The notes beneath the pieces are model-generated. The model ran no database searches, was not told where the DNA came from, and was given only the letters and a program-made list of their open reading frames with translations. DNA of 64,000 nucleotides from Eledone cirrhosa (taxonomy: Eukaryota): NCBI GenBank assembly GCA_964016885.1, contig OZ024745.1, positions 81,902,001 through 81,966,000 of the forward strand. The letters are read 5' to 3'. This document shows, in pieces, positions 13,301 through 25,905 of the stretch. The translations under genes and the position numbers were made by a program. Position 1 is the stretch's first letter; every line of letters starts with the position of its first letter.

Positions 13301-16300
13301 CAATGTTTTTGACAAAAATGTATTTATAGAAATCTATTTTATATTTTTTATGCTCACTATTTTAAAACTTTTTCTTCAGAGCCTTTCATCATCATCATTT
13401 TCTACCTACTTTGCATGCTGGCGTGGGTTGGATTGGTTATCACTGCCAGAGACTAGTTAGGTCAGAGAACCATGTCTTGCTTGTACATTCCGGTTTTCAC
13501 ATGGTTTCTATGGCTGGATACCATTCTTAATAGTCATATAAACCGTACTGAAAACAGAACTTACAAGTGAAATGTGATTCTTTGGACCTTGTCAATCCAT
13601 ACTACCCAAGCCAGCTTATCGTAGTATTTGTAGTATTAGTGTTGTTGATGCTGCATTTTGATAAATACAATAGTTTACATCCCTCTTTCTGAATTACTGT
13701 TATTTCTTTTTTAAAAGTTAACTTTTGAGTAACGAAAATTGTTCAGAATTTTCTTTAGGTTTTTTTAATGTCATACTTTCCTAAAGCTATTATAGTTTAG
13801 TGTTAAAGGTCAGTATATGACTACAATCAGGAGGAGTTTTGAATTAAATTAACCCTTTTACGACTGTATTTCTAATATAGTACATTGTCTAGATGTTTCA
13901 ATTAATTTTGAAAATAATGAAAAAATTGATAGCATTTAGTGAAATAATTATCTTTTCATTACTAAGCTGCAAATAAAAAGTTCTTACATAAAATTAAAGT
14001 GGAAGGTTTGAATTTAAATATGAATATTATAATATTAGAGTTTGAGAGAGATTACGCTACTGTTTCTCGCAAATCAAAGAAGCTTATAGACACACCCTCC
14101 CCATTATCCCTTGAAGGAAGTTACAACTGATGGGAGTGATTGTCTGAGAATCCAATTGAAGATCGATCAGACTTGATACATGTCAATATTTTTTATTGTA
14201 GTTGGTAGTACAATTTTTTTGTTTTAATCCTCTTGATTGACTTCATTAAAGCTTATGGAGCACTCATATCTCTGGTGCATTACAATGAAAAAAATAACCT
14301 TTTTACATTGGTGTATTTCTTCAAAGAGATGGATCATTTTGGCTTAAGAAACTACAGTATATTTTCTAATCAGAAGGTAGGATGGGGGTGGGCATTGATA
14401 TGTTGAGCAAGCCCTATGTGTTTCATAGTTGCAAAGTGTCAGTGATGTGGTGTTCAGGGGTGGGAGGTGTTGGTATTTCTGCAACACCAAGGAAACCACT
14501 CTTGAAATAAATAGAAATTTTAATGCAAACATAAATTTAACAAAACTTCTGGCAACAGATTTAGTAAATAAAATAAATCATAATAATAGTAATTTTTTTT
14601 TATTGGCCACAAGGACCCCAAGATATTGGGGACGATACAAGAGCAAAAGAAATTAACAGGGCAGGGTTTATATTGAGTAAAGGAAAGGGGGACATCACTG
14701 AAGAAAAAACAATAGGGATAACAATAATGGAATTTATAATAAATATATATAACAATAGAAAATAATAACAATAACAAATGTCAACAATGACCATTTCCCC
14801 CAATAGTTGTGAGGCAAACTGCACTTTAGGGTAATTCCAGGGAGAACCCTTCACAAAACCCTGGGTTATTCTGTTGCCTCACAGGCATTAAAAGTGACCT
14901 CTCTCTCTTTCCTTCCTCCTGTTTAGAAAAGTATAGTTAGTTTGCCCATTCAGCCTCATCAATTTCGCTGCTCTCACTCATCTGTCATAAAACACACTAG
15001 AAGGCAGCATGTCCCTTTCTACTCTCACCTTCCTCCTCAATAATAATGATAATAATAACTAAGGTACATTTATTTTAATGTAAGAAAAGAACATTTCCTG
15101 ACTAGTTTTCTAAGAAATATTTGAAGACCAAAAGAGAAAAACAAATCTCTATGCCAAGATTAAATGAAATAATAAACTGACAACTTATTTGTCAGAGTTG
15201 ATAGTGTTATGAAATTTAGATATATTGGTTATGTTAGATTTTACTAAGTGCCTGCTGACATATGTTAGATAATACAAGATGAAGCCTGCATCAAATGTAG
15301 TTATTGTTGGTTACCATTTTTTGATCATTTCAGATTAAAGTGATTTAAAAAAAAAAAAAAATGAAATTTCTTACTAACTTTTACATTTCATCTAAGATGT
15401 TTATTTTAGAATAAGTATTTTTATTTACTTCTGCTATCTTGTCAGATAAATGAAGTATTTTATCTCCATCAGTTTTGCTATCTTTTAAAAACCTCAACTT
15501 TACAACTTAACACTTTTTGTATCAAATTCAGTCATGGAATTTATTTGTTGGGATTTGCAGAAACTATTTGGTTTGAAAATAATGAATATTTAGAAAATAA
15601 AATACATTCTGCCATCCCTATTACAGTATATTTATTTCATTTCTGTTAACTGCTCCTTTGTTGTTGTTGTTTTGTTTCCTTTTTTTCCAGTAAGTATTAG
15701 GTTATGGTTTATATAAAACATTGTGAGATATGTAATAAATAATAGTGTTGGGAAAGTATAATATAAAGATGGAACTGAGGTAAAAAGCATTACAAAACAA
15801 AACAATGTTTTTACTTTATATATTGTAAGGTAAAGATATACTTTTTAATTGAAAAAAGAGAGAAAAAAAGCTCTTTACCTTGCAATGTATAGAGTAAAAA
15901 CATTTTGTTTTGTTTTGTCATCTTTTTTTAATTCTATTTCTTATGTATTAGGTTAGTTGTAAATTCTATGTATTAATGGTGTATACATTATCAAAGTTTT
16001 CTCTGTTAAATCTGACTAAATGTTTGTTTATAATTTCTGAAACAGCAACAATTTATTTCCTTCTTTTCTTTCCATGACAGTGATTGTTCCAAATTGTATA
16101 AAATTTAAAATGTTTTTTTTGTTGTTTTTTTGAAATATACAGATAGAAGAGAGTATTTTAAGAAACTCCATTAGTCTATTTGATTTGATCATTTACAATG
16201 AATGTAATTTTCACAAGTTATTGTGAACAAATCGGTATCATATCTTGAATTAACTACTGATTCTATAATATTTTATTTTCTTTAGTAGAAATGGCAGTGT

Positions 16301-17391
16301 ATTTTTCCTTTTTCATACTTGGTTCTGTTTCACGTTTATATTTTCTTTATATCTCAATGCATTATCCATTGTATATCAACTATTATTCTTGTTTCCCTTC
16401 TTCATCCTCACTATATTTGACAAAATTCAAATCTTTGTTTCATTCATACTTATTTTTTAAAGCTGATCATAAATTTTGTATGATTTCGCAACTAGCAATA
16501 ATTAGCTAATTATTATATATAAATCCTCAAAATGTTTTGATAAAACATTTTATTTAATTTTAATTAGAACATTTAAAAAAAAGTATTTTTGTTTTTAATC
16601 AAATTACTTTGTCTGGGCGGTGGTTTTTTCTCATATATAACTGATACACTAAATATTTCAAAAAACTTATCTTTGGTGATTGGTCAAGAAGAAATGAAAT
16701 TATTCTGGTAGTTTTTAAAACTATTTCTTGCCTGAAATCAAAAATAAAGTTAACCACTTTTTTCATGTCCGCTGTAGCAATATCTTCTCTCATCTTGGCT
16801 ATCAAACTTCTGTTAAAATTAACAGAGTTGTGAACATTGCTTTCCTTTGCATGGGTAGTCTAAACTTATTTTGTCTGAAGTGAATCCATATAGTTTTTCC
16901 TAATAATACTCCTGACCATACAAGTTTTCATTTTAATTGCTCAAAATAATTAGCACGATGTTTGCATGGTAGCAGTCTGATAATCTTGCCTCAGAAGCCT
17001 GAAGATAGGTCATTCTAACGTGTAACTTCATTAGTCAATTATTTCAAAGTAAATATAATTATTCCATAGTCTTCAAGTTTCTGAGTGCACTGTGTGAACT
17101 TAATCCAAAGATAAACAATTAACTGGCTCCTTACTTTTTCTTATATTTAATACATTTACAACAAATTTATTTCTATTCAATAATAACTTTACCTTTTCTA
17201 TTTCTATCCTCAGTATTTTGTGATAATTATAGCAGGAATTTAGTGTAGAAGACAGAGCTGGGCAGAATGCATTTCAATTTGGTGCCTTGTGTTTTTGAGT
17301 TTAAATTCTATCAATATCAAAATTACCTTTAAATTCCCACTAAAGTCAACTTGGCCTAAAAAAAATAAAGTACCAGACTAGTACTGGAGTC

Positions 17392-17424
<33 letters not shown>

Positions 17425-18018
17425 AGAAGAAGAAATATGATGTACCCAGTCTTGGAGAGGGATGGGCTCTGCCAGCGTTAACATACCCAAGAAATGTCTC
17501 ATGTCAATACAGTGCCCCTACAACTCTACCAGGAGTTATGGGACCATACCTATCTGAGTAGCTACAATAAGATACTGATGTTACTACACATAAATGTTCC
17601 ATACTTTTAGTTGTGAAACAGGTCTTGTCTGTTTAACATAGAAAATACGTGTATTCTTATCCAAATTATAATTGTCATCAGAGTATTTCCCCTCCTGGAT
17701 TTGTTTTCTGTTTATCCTGCTTTGTGTAAGGGCTGTTCATATTTAATTGATGTATAATCACAACATTGCTCCATCTGACATTGGAGGCATATCATTAACT
17801 AGGTTACAAGCAACCTATATTATGTCATGGCAAGGCTGGCAAGAGGCAGCAAAAAAATCAGAGTTAATACCACAAGGCACCTAATTTTACACTAACCATT
17901 TCACCAATCTGCTGCCCCGGACTTTTATTTCATCAATCCCTAAAGAATGAGAAGCAAAGTTAACTTCAGTGGCATATGGACTTGAGGCTCAAAAACCCAA
18001 AACACTGCATGACATTCT

Positions 18019-18159
18019 CAGGGCCGTCTTAACAGCATTATAGGCCCCCGGGTAAAGCAGAGCACTGGGGCCCCTACCTACACAACCACTCACAGGAATA
18101 AAAATACAAATGGGCCCCCGGGCAACTGCCCAGTGTGCCCATGCGTTAAGACGGCCCTG
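18019..18159. mobile_element. hAT-type MITE, 141 bp
   Basis: 15-bp perfect TIR CAGGGCCGTCTTAAC and 8-bp TSD GACATTCT (18011-18018 / 18160-18167). Inserted in a SINE. Confidence 0.9.
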
Positions 18160-20348
18160 GACATTCTATCCAATGCTCTCTGTCAATTCACTACCTTGAA
18201 ATTAAGTTTTCTTCCAAAAAAAATATATAAAAAAGAAATTATTTTAATGACATGAATGAAACTCGTTAATGACACAGTTTGTTATTCAAGCAACTCTTGA
18301 CCTCAATTTACTGACATGTATATATTCTCCAATTTTCAATAGCCAATAAAGCCCACTAGTTATGCTGAACATATCAATAATTTGTTATTGCTTCACTTAA
18401 AATAGCCTATCTATCTATCCATCCATCTATCTACCCAGCTATCTATCTACCCATCTCTCTAGCTATCTCATATATAGTTTACTTTTATGATAAACTTTAA
18501 TCCCCTGGTAATTATATTTGTTACAGTGACTTGTCAGAATTTGAATGAAATATTTTCTGGAATGTACTGAGAATGTACTGAAAAAGCACAATATTATGTC
18601 TTCAAGCATTTTATTCTACATCCTTTAAAATAATTCAAAGGTTTTTTAATTCATATCAAAGCAAAACTATCTTATTGCACAGTTATAACAGAGGTTTCAG
18701 TTTTGACTCCTTAATCACTTTCTCCACATTAAAAAAGAAAAGAATAACATACAATATATCTTTAAATGATATCTCTCTCTAAAGGTGGTCATTGAAACAC
18801 ATTAACACATGTTATTATATGTTGTGTTAACTCAATGAATTAATATCTTGAACATAATTAACATTGGATTTAGGTTTTATGTTCAGTATATTTTATTTCA
18901 CACACTCATGATGTTGCTGTTCTTGAGGTGGTGCTATTACATTAGACATGACCTGGGCCAGTATTGACTGAAACCTAGTGCATATGATACATCACATCTA
19001 CTTCTTATAAAGTGGAATACATACAAAATGTTTGATTGTTATCAAGAAAATTTATAATTATACTACAATTTATCAAATGGGATAACTTTTTTCATTCTTT
19101 TTTTAGACCTTTATTTCTGTTTTTGCTCATTATTAAGATTTATGTGTATACTTATTAAATCTTTTTTAAAAGTATAGTTACATATTGCAATGTCTTTTAG
19201 AGCATTATCATTCCCATTAAAAGAAAGGTTCTTTCATTGACAATGATAGCATTGAACATATTTAAATTTTGTAGTCCAGGATTGGTGTGCCATGCATACC
19301 AGGATTAATGGATATATGAGCAATCATACCAACTGGGAAATCTGATTTTGATAAATTTTGATTACTGACACATGGAAATACTTACATATAAACATTATAT
19401 TCTAACAATTTATTTTTAGGATATTATGTAAATAACATACAGGATGAAATGTGTAAGTAACTTTAGAGAAATAACTATTTACTGGTACAATGTTGGGTTA
19501 GAACACAAGACCTTGTGACTGGAAAATGAACTTTTTATTGTGCCAACATGACTAAGATAGGAAATATATAAAAGAGTTTATAAATACGTCTATACATAAT
19601 CAACAATAACTCACGACTGACTCAGTTGAACATGTTGAAACAAGTGCAGCCAAGGTCAAAACCAACACACCTATATACATCAAGGTGCTGTGTTACCATG
19701 TCATGCATAGGAAATCAGTATCCTTAATTTTTGTCAAAAAAGTAAGGATATTTGTGTGTCAATTTTAACAAGTCATAACTTTAGAACCATGGAAAGATAA
19801 AGGAATTAGATTTCCTCCTGGACACTACCCTTCTTACCATCTCTAGCTTACATATAATTAAAACTATTTTAATTATGTCAGACCAAATATGATTTTACTA
19901 AAACTAGCTTAGATAAGCCATTTAAAAATTATATGATTTTAGTTCAAAATCTTTAAAAACAAGGAATCTTTATTTTTGCTCCCCCAACGAAAATAATTTT
20001 TATTAATTATAGTGGCATTTCACATTGCAGCATTAATTTGACTTCAGAAGAAGCGGTGGGGATCAGCTCGCTTAAATTGTTATGCTGTATAATTACCTTA
20101 ATCTGAATAATTTTCAAGCTAAAACTGTATGCTCTTCATTCTGTGCTCTGGTAGTTAGACATTAGAATAAGAGGAAATATAATAAGGCCAAAACAAGGCT
20201 AGGGTTGTCAAAATTGCTACCAAAAATCAGATTCCATCCTTGCTTATCTCAATTTTTTAGTCAATTTAAATTTCAGAGTTTTCTTCCTTCCTTCTTTTGA
20301 GAAGAATTTTTTTCTCATTGCAACTTAAATTACATTTTGGCCATTGTG

Positions 20349-20413
<65 letters not shown>

Positions 20414-20418
<5 letters not shown>

Positions 20419-20853
20419 ATAAATTAACGGAGCCATAGACTCTCGTTATTCCCTGTCAATAATGTGCTCAAAGGAAAAGGAATCCTGAGCTCTTTAAAAT
20501 ACAATATGTTGAAAAGGTAACACACGAGAGAGAGTGTGCCATCAATAAAACAGGGAAAACCACCAGTGTATGGAATCTATAGTCTATAATTAAAATGTTG
20601 TCTGGAATGTATAGTCTTGCATGCGCTGATGAACCATAGGCTATTCTATTTCAGTCAACAATTTCCTGGCGAAACAGATCTTTTGGGATTTGTACGCGTG
20701 TGTTATATAGTTATAGAGGTGCGTATATACATTTTAATTTATATTTTTAATTAACCCTGCCTTCCATAGATTATAGATTCCATACACTGGTGATTTTCCC
20801 TGTTTTATTGATGGCACACTCTCTCTCTCTAGTGTGTTACCTTTCAACATATT
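20414..20853. mobile_element. PLE-type pLTR foldback, family 3, between (TA)n tracts (arms about 20503-20587 and 20766-20853)
   Basis: Inverted repeat encloses a hammerhead motif. Its left end is related to 42410-42572. Confidence 0.75.
20620..20700 (+). ncRNA. Type I hammerhead ribozyme with a full stem III, on the sense strand of the MYPT intron
   Basis: CAUGCG-CUGAUGA-A CCA...UGG C-GAAA-CAGAUC uuuugg GAUUUG-UA^-CGCGUG. Predicted cut after GUA at 20694. The first stem II pair is an A-C mismatch. Confidence 0.8.
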
Positions 20854-21490
20854 ATATATATATATATATATAATGTTTGGGAGAGGGAAGTTTCACTTTA
20901 AATTATTTTTAATTAAAACAAAAAAAATATTATTCATTATCAAATGTTACATATGTTTTGCAAGATGATCTACTCTAGGTCTTCATCAATATGATAGAGC
21001 TGACTCCAGTATTGATCTGCTCATCAGATGTGTAGAATTGAATCAAATTATTTCCACATCAGCATTACTAAATAACCTTCGCACACACATACAAAATATA
21101 TAAGTATTATATTCTACTTCTAAATTCAATCATTTTTTTTCTAAATCAAGAATTTTGCAAGTGTCTGCATTTCCAAAATAAATATATAGATACAAATGAT
21201 GATACACATATACCCATATACTTAATAGTTACACTCTTGGAACTAAGGGCAAGTAGTTTTAATCTGCTACACTTAATTTTATATCAAATGATGAATAAAG
21301 TTTGTATTAGTTTTCCTTCTGAAGTACTTTTACTTCTATCTAATAATAAGGCCAGTAGATAACCCCTATCCCCTGTGTGTGGAGTCTGATTTTTCTTATT
21401 TGTTTATCCTTGCTTTATGTATGTTTTTTCTCTCCTCATCCTCCCTGTTTGTTTTGCCTTCCCTTGTTACAGCTTGTTTATTCTTTCCAG

Positions 21491-21577
21491 CAACATGAAA
21501 AGTTAAAAGTGGAGAACGCAAAAGTTAAGGAAGAAAATAGAGCTTTGGCTCGGGTCATCTCCAAACTCTCCAGATAG
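21491..21577 (+). CDS. PPP1R12A: Alternative stop-containing exon D1: variant leucine zipper QHEKLKVENAKVKEENRALARVISKLSR*
   Basis: Long polypyrimidine tract and ttccag|caa acceptor, phase 0. Encodes 28 aa + TAG with the RVISKLS C-terminal signature. A second in-frame acceptor would start the exon at 21473. Confidence 0.85.
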   Translation, partial: QHEKLKVENAKVKEENRALARVISKLSR

Positions 21578-24200
21578 GTAAATTCAGTGTGTCTCGAGAT
21601 AACATCAACCTTTCCAGTTGATTGTGAATCCCAGCATGATAACAAACCAGTTCTTCTTTATTATTATTATTATTAAATGGCTCTCTTCAGTTTCAGTCTC
21701 TAGTACAACTGACAACCAGCATGGTACTTTGACTTATGCTTAGTGTTCCTTGTTTGGTTTATCTCTCTCTCGACTTTAATCATATTCTTATCGAATGTTC
21801 CGGCGATACTTAACAGCTTCTGTGATTCTCAGATTGCTCTGTGTCTTTCTTTTTTTTTTTTTATTCTGTTTACAACCCCCCTGGTGCATTTATCCCGACA
21901 TATCATTTCTTTCATCTCTATCAATTTCTCTTTAGATGTATTTATAACATACTGTAGCCTAATCAACTAGAGTTGATATAAATTTTATTTACTATTGGAA
22001 GTATTGAATAACTGGTTATATATTTAAATATTTCACATTTACTGTATATATATATGACTAGGAAACAAAACACTCAATATTCAGCCATTGGCCCCAACAA
22101 TAAATCTCACCCTTTCTTTTTTAATCCCAGATCTTTGTCTTTCCTTTCTGATTGATACTTGAGACTATTGCTACGATTTCAATCTAATTAATCTGATTTA
22201 ATCCTAATTATGCTCTGTGGTGATTAGCCAAATCACTTTACATTCTGAGTTCAAATCATGCCAAGGTTGACTTTACTTTTTATATCTCCAGGCTTGATAA
22301 AATAAGTACCAGTTAAGTACTGGAACTAATATAATCAACTTTTCCTGCCCTCAAAATGTTTGCTTTGTGACAATTTTAGAAATCATTACTTATTTATTTC
22401 TCATCCTCACATGCAGTATATTCCTCATCTAGGTGTCAAAAGAGGCCTGACAGCTGCAAACTTCCATTTCCACTTTGTCTATATTTGATATAAGATTCCA
22501 TTTTAATTTGGTTTAATGTGGAATTACAAATAGAACTTCATTTAATAATATTTTAATAACTTAACTCCCATGCTAGATACAGTCATCAAATTGGTAATGT
22601 TCTGATTTCAATTTAACGGATTGCAAGTTTATATTTTCCCTTAACATTCATTTCTAGTCCTATAGAAGTAAGCTATAGCATAAGGGGTGTTGTGTAATCA
22701 AAACTGGAATACCATCATCATCATCAATCTGCCTGTCTATATTGACATGTGCTGAATGGTTGTCATGGTTTCAGTTAATTCTTTTCAGGATTACTTCACT
22801 CTTAGATGGGTCACTGACCAGATCTCCTTTGTATGTTCAATATTTGGCATGATTTCTTCAGCTAGATGTCCTTCTTATCACCAACCACTTTATAGAGTGT
22901 TGACAGCATCCCCACTCGAAAAGTTGACTTGCTCCTGGTGAAACTAACGAGTCTTTACATTGTCTCAGTTAATTTGTTCCTTTCTTTTCAACGCAACTCT
23001 GTTTGTGGCAGAAAGATTGCTAAAAAAGGGCCAGGGTGATAAGGAGATGGTGAGAGATAGTGATAGGATAGAATGCAGGTGATGGATGTCAGTAGGTCAT
23101 TGGGGTGGGGGAGGAAATAGCTGAGAAAGAAATAGACAGATGGGATAGAATAAGGGTTATGGATATCAATGAGTAATAATAGATAAGGGAGGAAGACAGA
23201 AAGATAGTGATGAATATGCCCGAATCTCTTATAAATTTAATATTGCATCTCACTAGATCTTCAACAACTTGTGAAATGTATGTCTGTTACAAAGTTCCTC
23301 CATTCCTACCATTTTGATTCAGATGAGTAAGTAGCCAATAGTATATTTTAGTCTCAAAGTAAAATTAATCAGTTTGAATGTTAAATGCTATCAACTGTAA
23401 AAGTCTGATCTCCCACAATATATCCTGTATATTTATTTATTGCAAATGAACTCCAATTCAAATGATAAAATGTGAAGACATTTTCATTTCCTGTTATAAT
23501 TGTTATGTCTGTAATGAAGGAAACTACTTAACCCAACTTTTTTGTTTCTGGAGGAAAGATAAATGAAACAAAACATGGAAATAAGATTTTGTACGTCTAA
23601 TTAAGGACTCGTTAAGTTGCTGCCACTTCCACTCAAGATATTATAACTGATTACTTCTAATTGGGTCTTAGACCATTGGCATATGGTTCTAACATTGGTT
23701 ATGTAAGCCACTTAATAACTTTTTTTTTAACAATCTGCTATTATAATTCAAGGAGAATCATGAATTTTATTTAAAGCCCCCCCCCCCCCCCCCCCCCCCC
23801 GATAAGATAAGAAGGAAAATTTAGTTATATGAATCAGTGAGGTCATTGTATCCTTACATATGGCCATGAGTTTAAACCCTTTGTTCTTACTCAAATATAT
23901 TCCTTAAATCTACACGTCTGATATAGTACCAGTGTGACTGCTATCTCATTAATTAAATCACTGAAATTTACTATAAAATCTTTATGCTTCAGAAATTGTT
24001 TATGCAAATATTTAAATTTCAAACAGAAAACCTTAAAGTATGAATATATATGGCTTTCAATAAGAATAGTTTAGCTGGATGCTGCAAAATGTTCAATACT
24101 GTTTTGAACACATACCCAAGTGAAATTTTATACCAAAAACGTTTACCTTGTGAGACTAAGATATTACTGCTGTATTAACAATTGACCCTTTAGCAATTGA

Positions 24201-24400
24201 CCCTTTAGCAATTAAACCAGCCATATCTGGTCAGAATTATCTCACCTCTTTCTGTTCAAACTGACCATAACCGACCACTCACACTGACATTAAGGTATTG
24301 TTCTCAAAATAAATATCATCATCAAAATCTCAGTTTCCATATTAAGTAAGATAAAGCCGTTACCATGAAAATATAACAGTGTAATGTAAATGCTAAAGGG
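24201..24400. mobile_element. piggyBac-like MITE
   Basis: TIR CCCTTTAGCA...TGCTAAAGGG flanked by TTGA/TTAA. Related CCCTTT..AAAGGG elements occur near 6730-6940, 13853 and 56060. Confidence 0.55.
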
Positions 24401-25059
24401 TTAAATTATATTGTAGCAGTGCCCTTCTTCCACAGGATATGGACTTAGCTAAACTCATGAACTCCTATAGAAATTTTGGCAGTGCAGACCTCCATAGTTT
24501 GTCTGGCTTTGATTTTTATTTGTTGTCTTTAAAGCTATGAGAACTTCTATATGAAGATAGCAACGATTAAAAACATAGCTAGTTGCAGTGGCAGTGCCAT
24601 AAATGACAGAAGAGTTTAATGCACAAACAGACAGTAAATTAAACAGTTTTTAGCTATTACACTCTCAACAAACATATTTTACATTTAGGATTATTCTTAA
24701 AGTAAAGTGGTTTGGAAATTCTTACTTTTTTTATTTTCTAATCAACTTTGTCTCCCTGAATATAGTGGAGCCATTGGTGCATCACCAATCTTGATAAAAT
24801 AAAGCAGTTTCTAAGGACAATTCTTAAGATCCTCTTTCTCCTAATATAATGCCGATCATCTTTGTTGGTGTCACTTGTAAAAAGATGATTCCATAGTTGT
24901 ATAAGATATAGAAGTCAAATTTATATTGATATAACAATATTTAGGATCTTATATTTCCCACATTTTTTTAATTAGACACATGGAAGATCTGTGTCATATT
25001 GGTCTTTGAAGGGTTAGCACTGGTTTAATAGCAAAATCATTTATATACAAATGACCTAG

Positions 25060-25905
25060 TTCTCATAGCTGAATCAGCAGCGAAACTAGAGAAGAAATTC
25101 TAGGCTTAAAAGCAAAATTTGGAATGTAAAGGCCTCAAAGTCAACTAAAATCCTAGTAAGTAGGAAATATGGCAGGACCCCGATCTTGTCAGGGAAATGA
25201 CCATACTCAATATGCAAAAAAGGAGCTGGTAGGAATTCCATACTGTGTTTGAAATGTATACTATGGATATACAAGTGTTGTAGTGGGATCTTGCAGAGGT
25301 TAAGAAAGAATGTAGACTTGGTATGTAACATGCACAGGAGCAGTAAACAGCAAGAGCTTACATCAAGCAGGTTCTATCAGATGCTCAGATGGCCCCTTGG
25401 AAATAGTTGACAGCTTCTAGTATCTAGGGGATTTAATTAGCAGTGAAGTATAGTAGTTAGAGTGAGAACCTGGTGGAAAATATTCAAAGAACTGCTACCC
25501 CTGCTGATTACAAAGAGTTTCTCCCTCAGAATGAAAGGCAAATTGTATGGTGCTTGTGTGTGAACTGTCATGCTGCATGGAAATGTGAATTGGGCCTTGA
25601 ATGCAGAGGATCTGCAAAGATTGGAAAGAAATGAGGTGAACACGGTCTGATGGGTGTGTAATAGCAGCATCCATGAAAGATACAGCATCATTGAACTGAG
25701 AGAAAAGCTTAGTATAAGAAAGACAATACAATATACAAGAAAGAAAACTGTACTGGTATGCTCATGGAGGATGACAGCTGCATAAAGAAGTGCAGGGTAC
25801 TCAAAATATCAGCAAGACATGGTCATCTGTCAGTCTAGCCACAGACCATAACCTGTCTAACCACAATAAGCATGGAAAATAGATGTTATAAGGTGATGAT
25901 GATGA
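25060..25905 (+). mobile_element. Older degraded RTE LINE 3' fragment
   Basis: Similar to the reverse complement of about 53570-54330. Ends in (tga)n. Confidence 0.75.
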
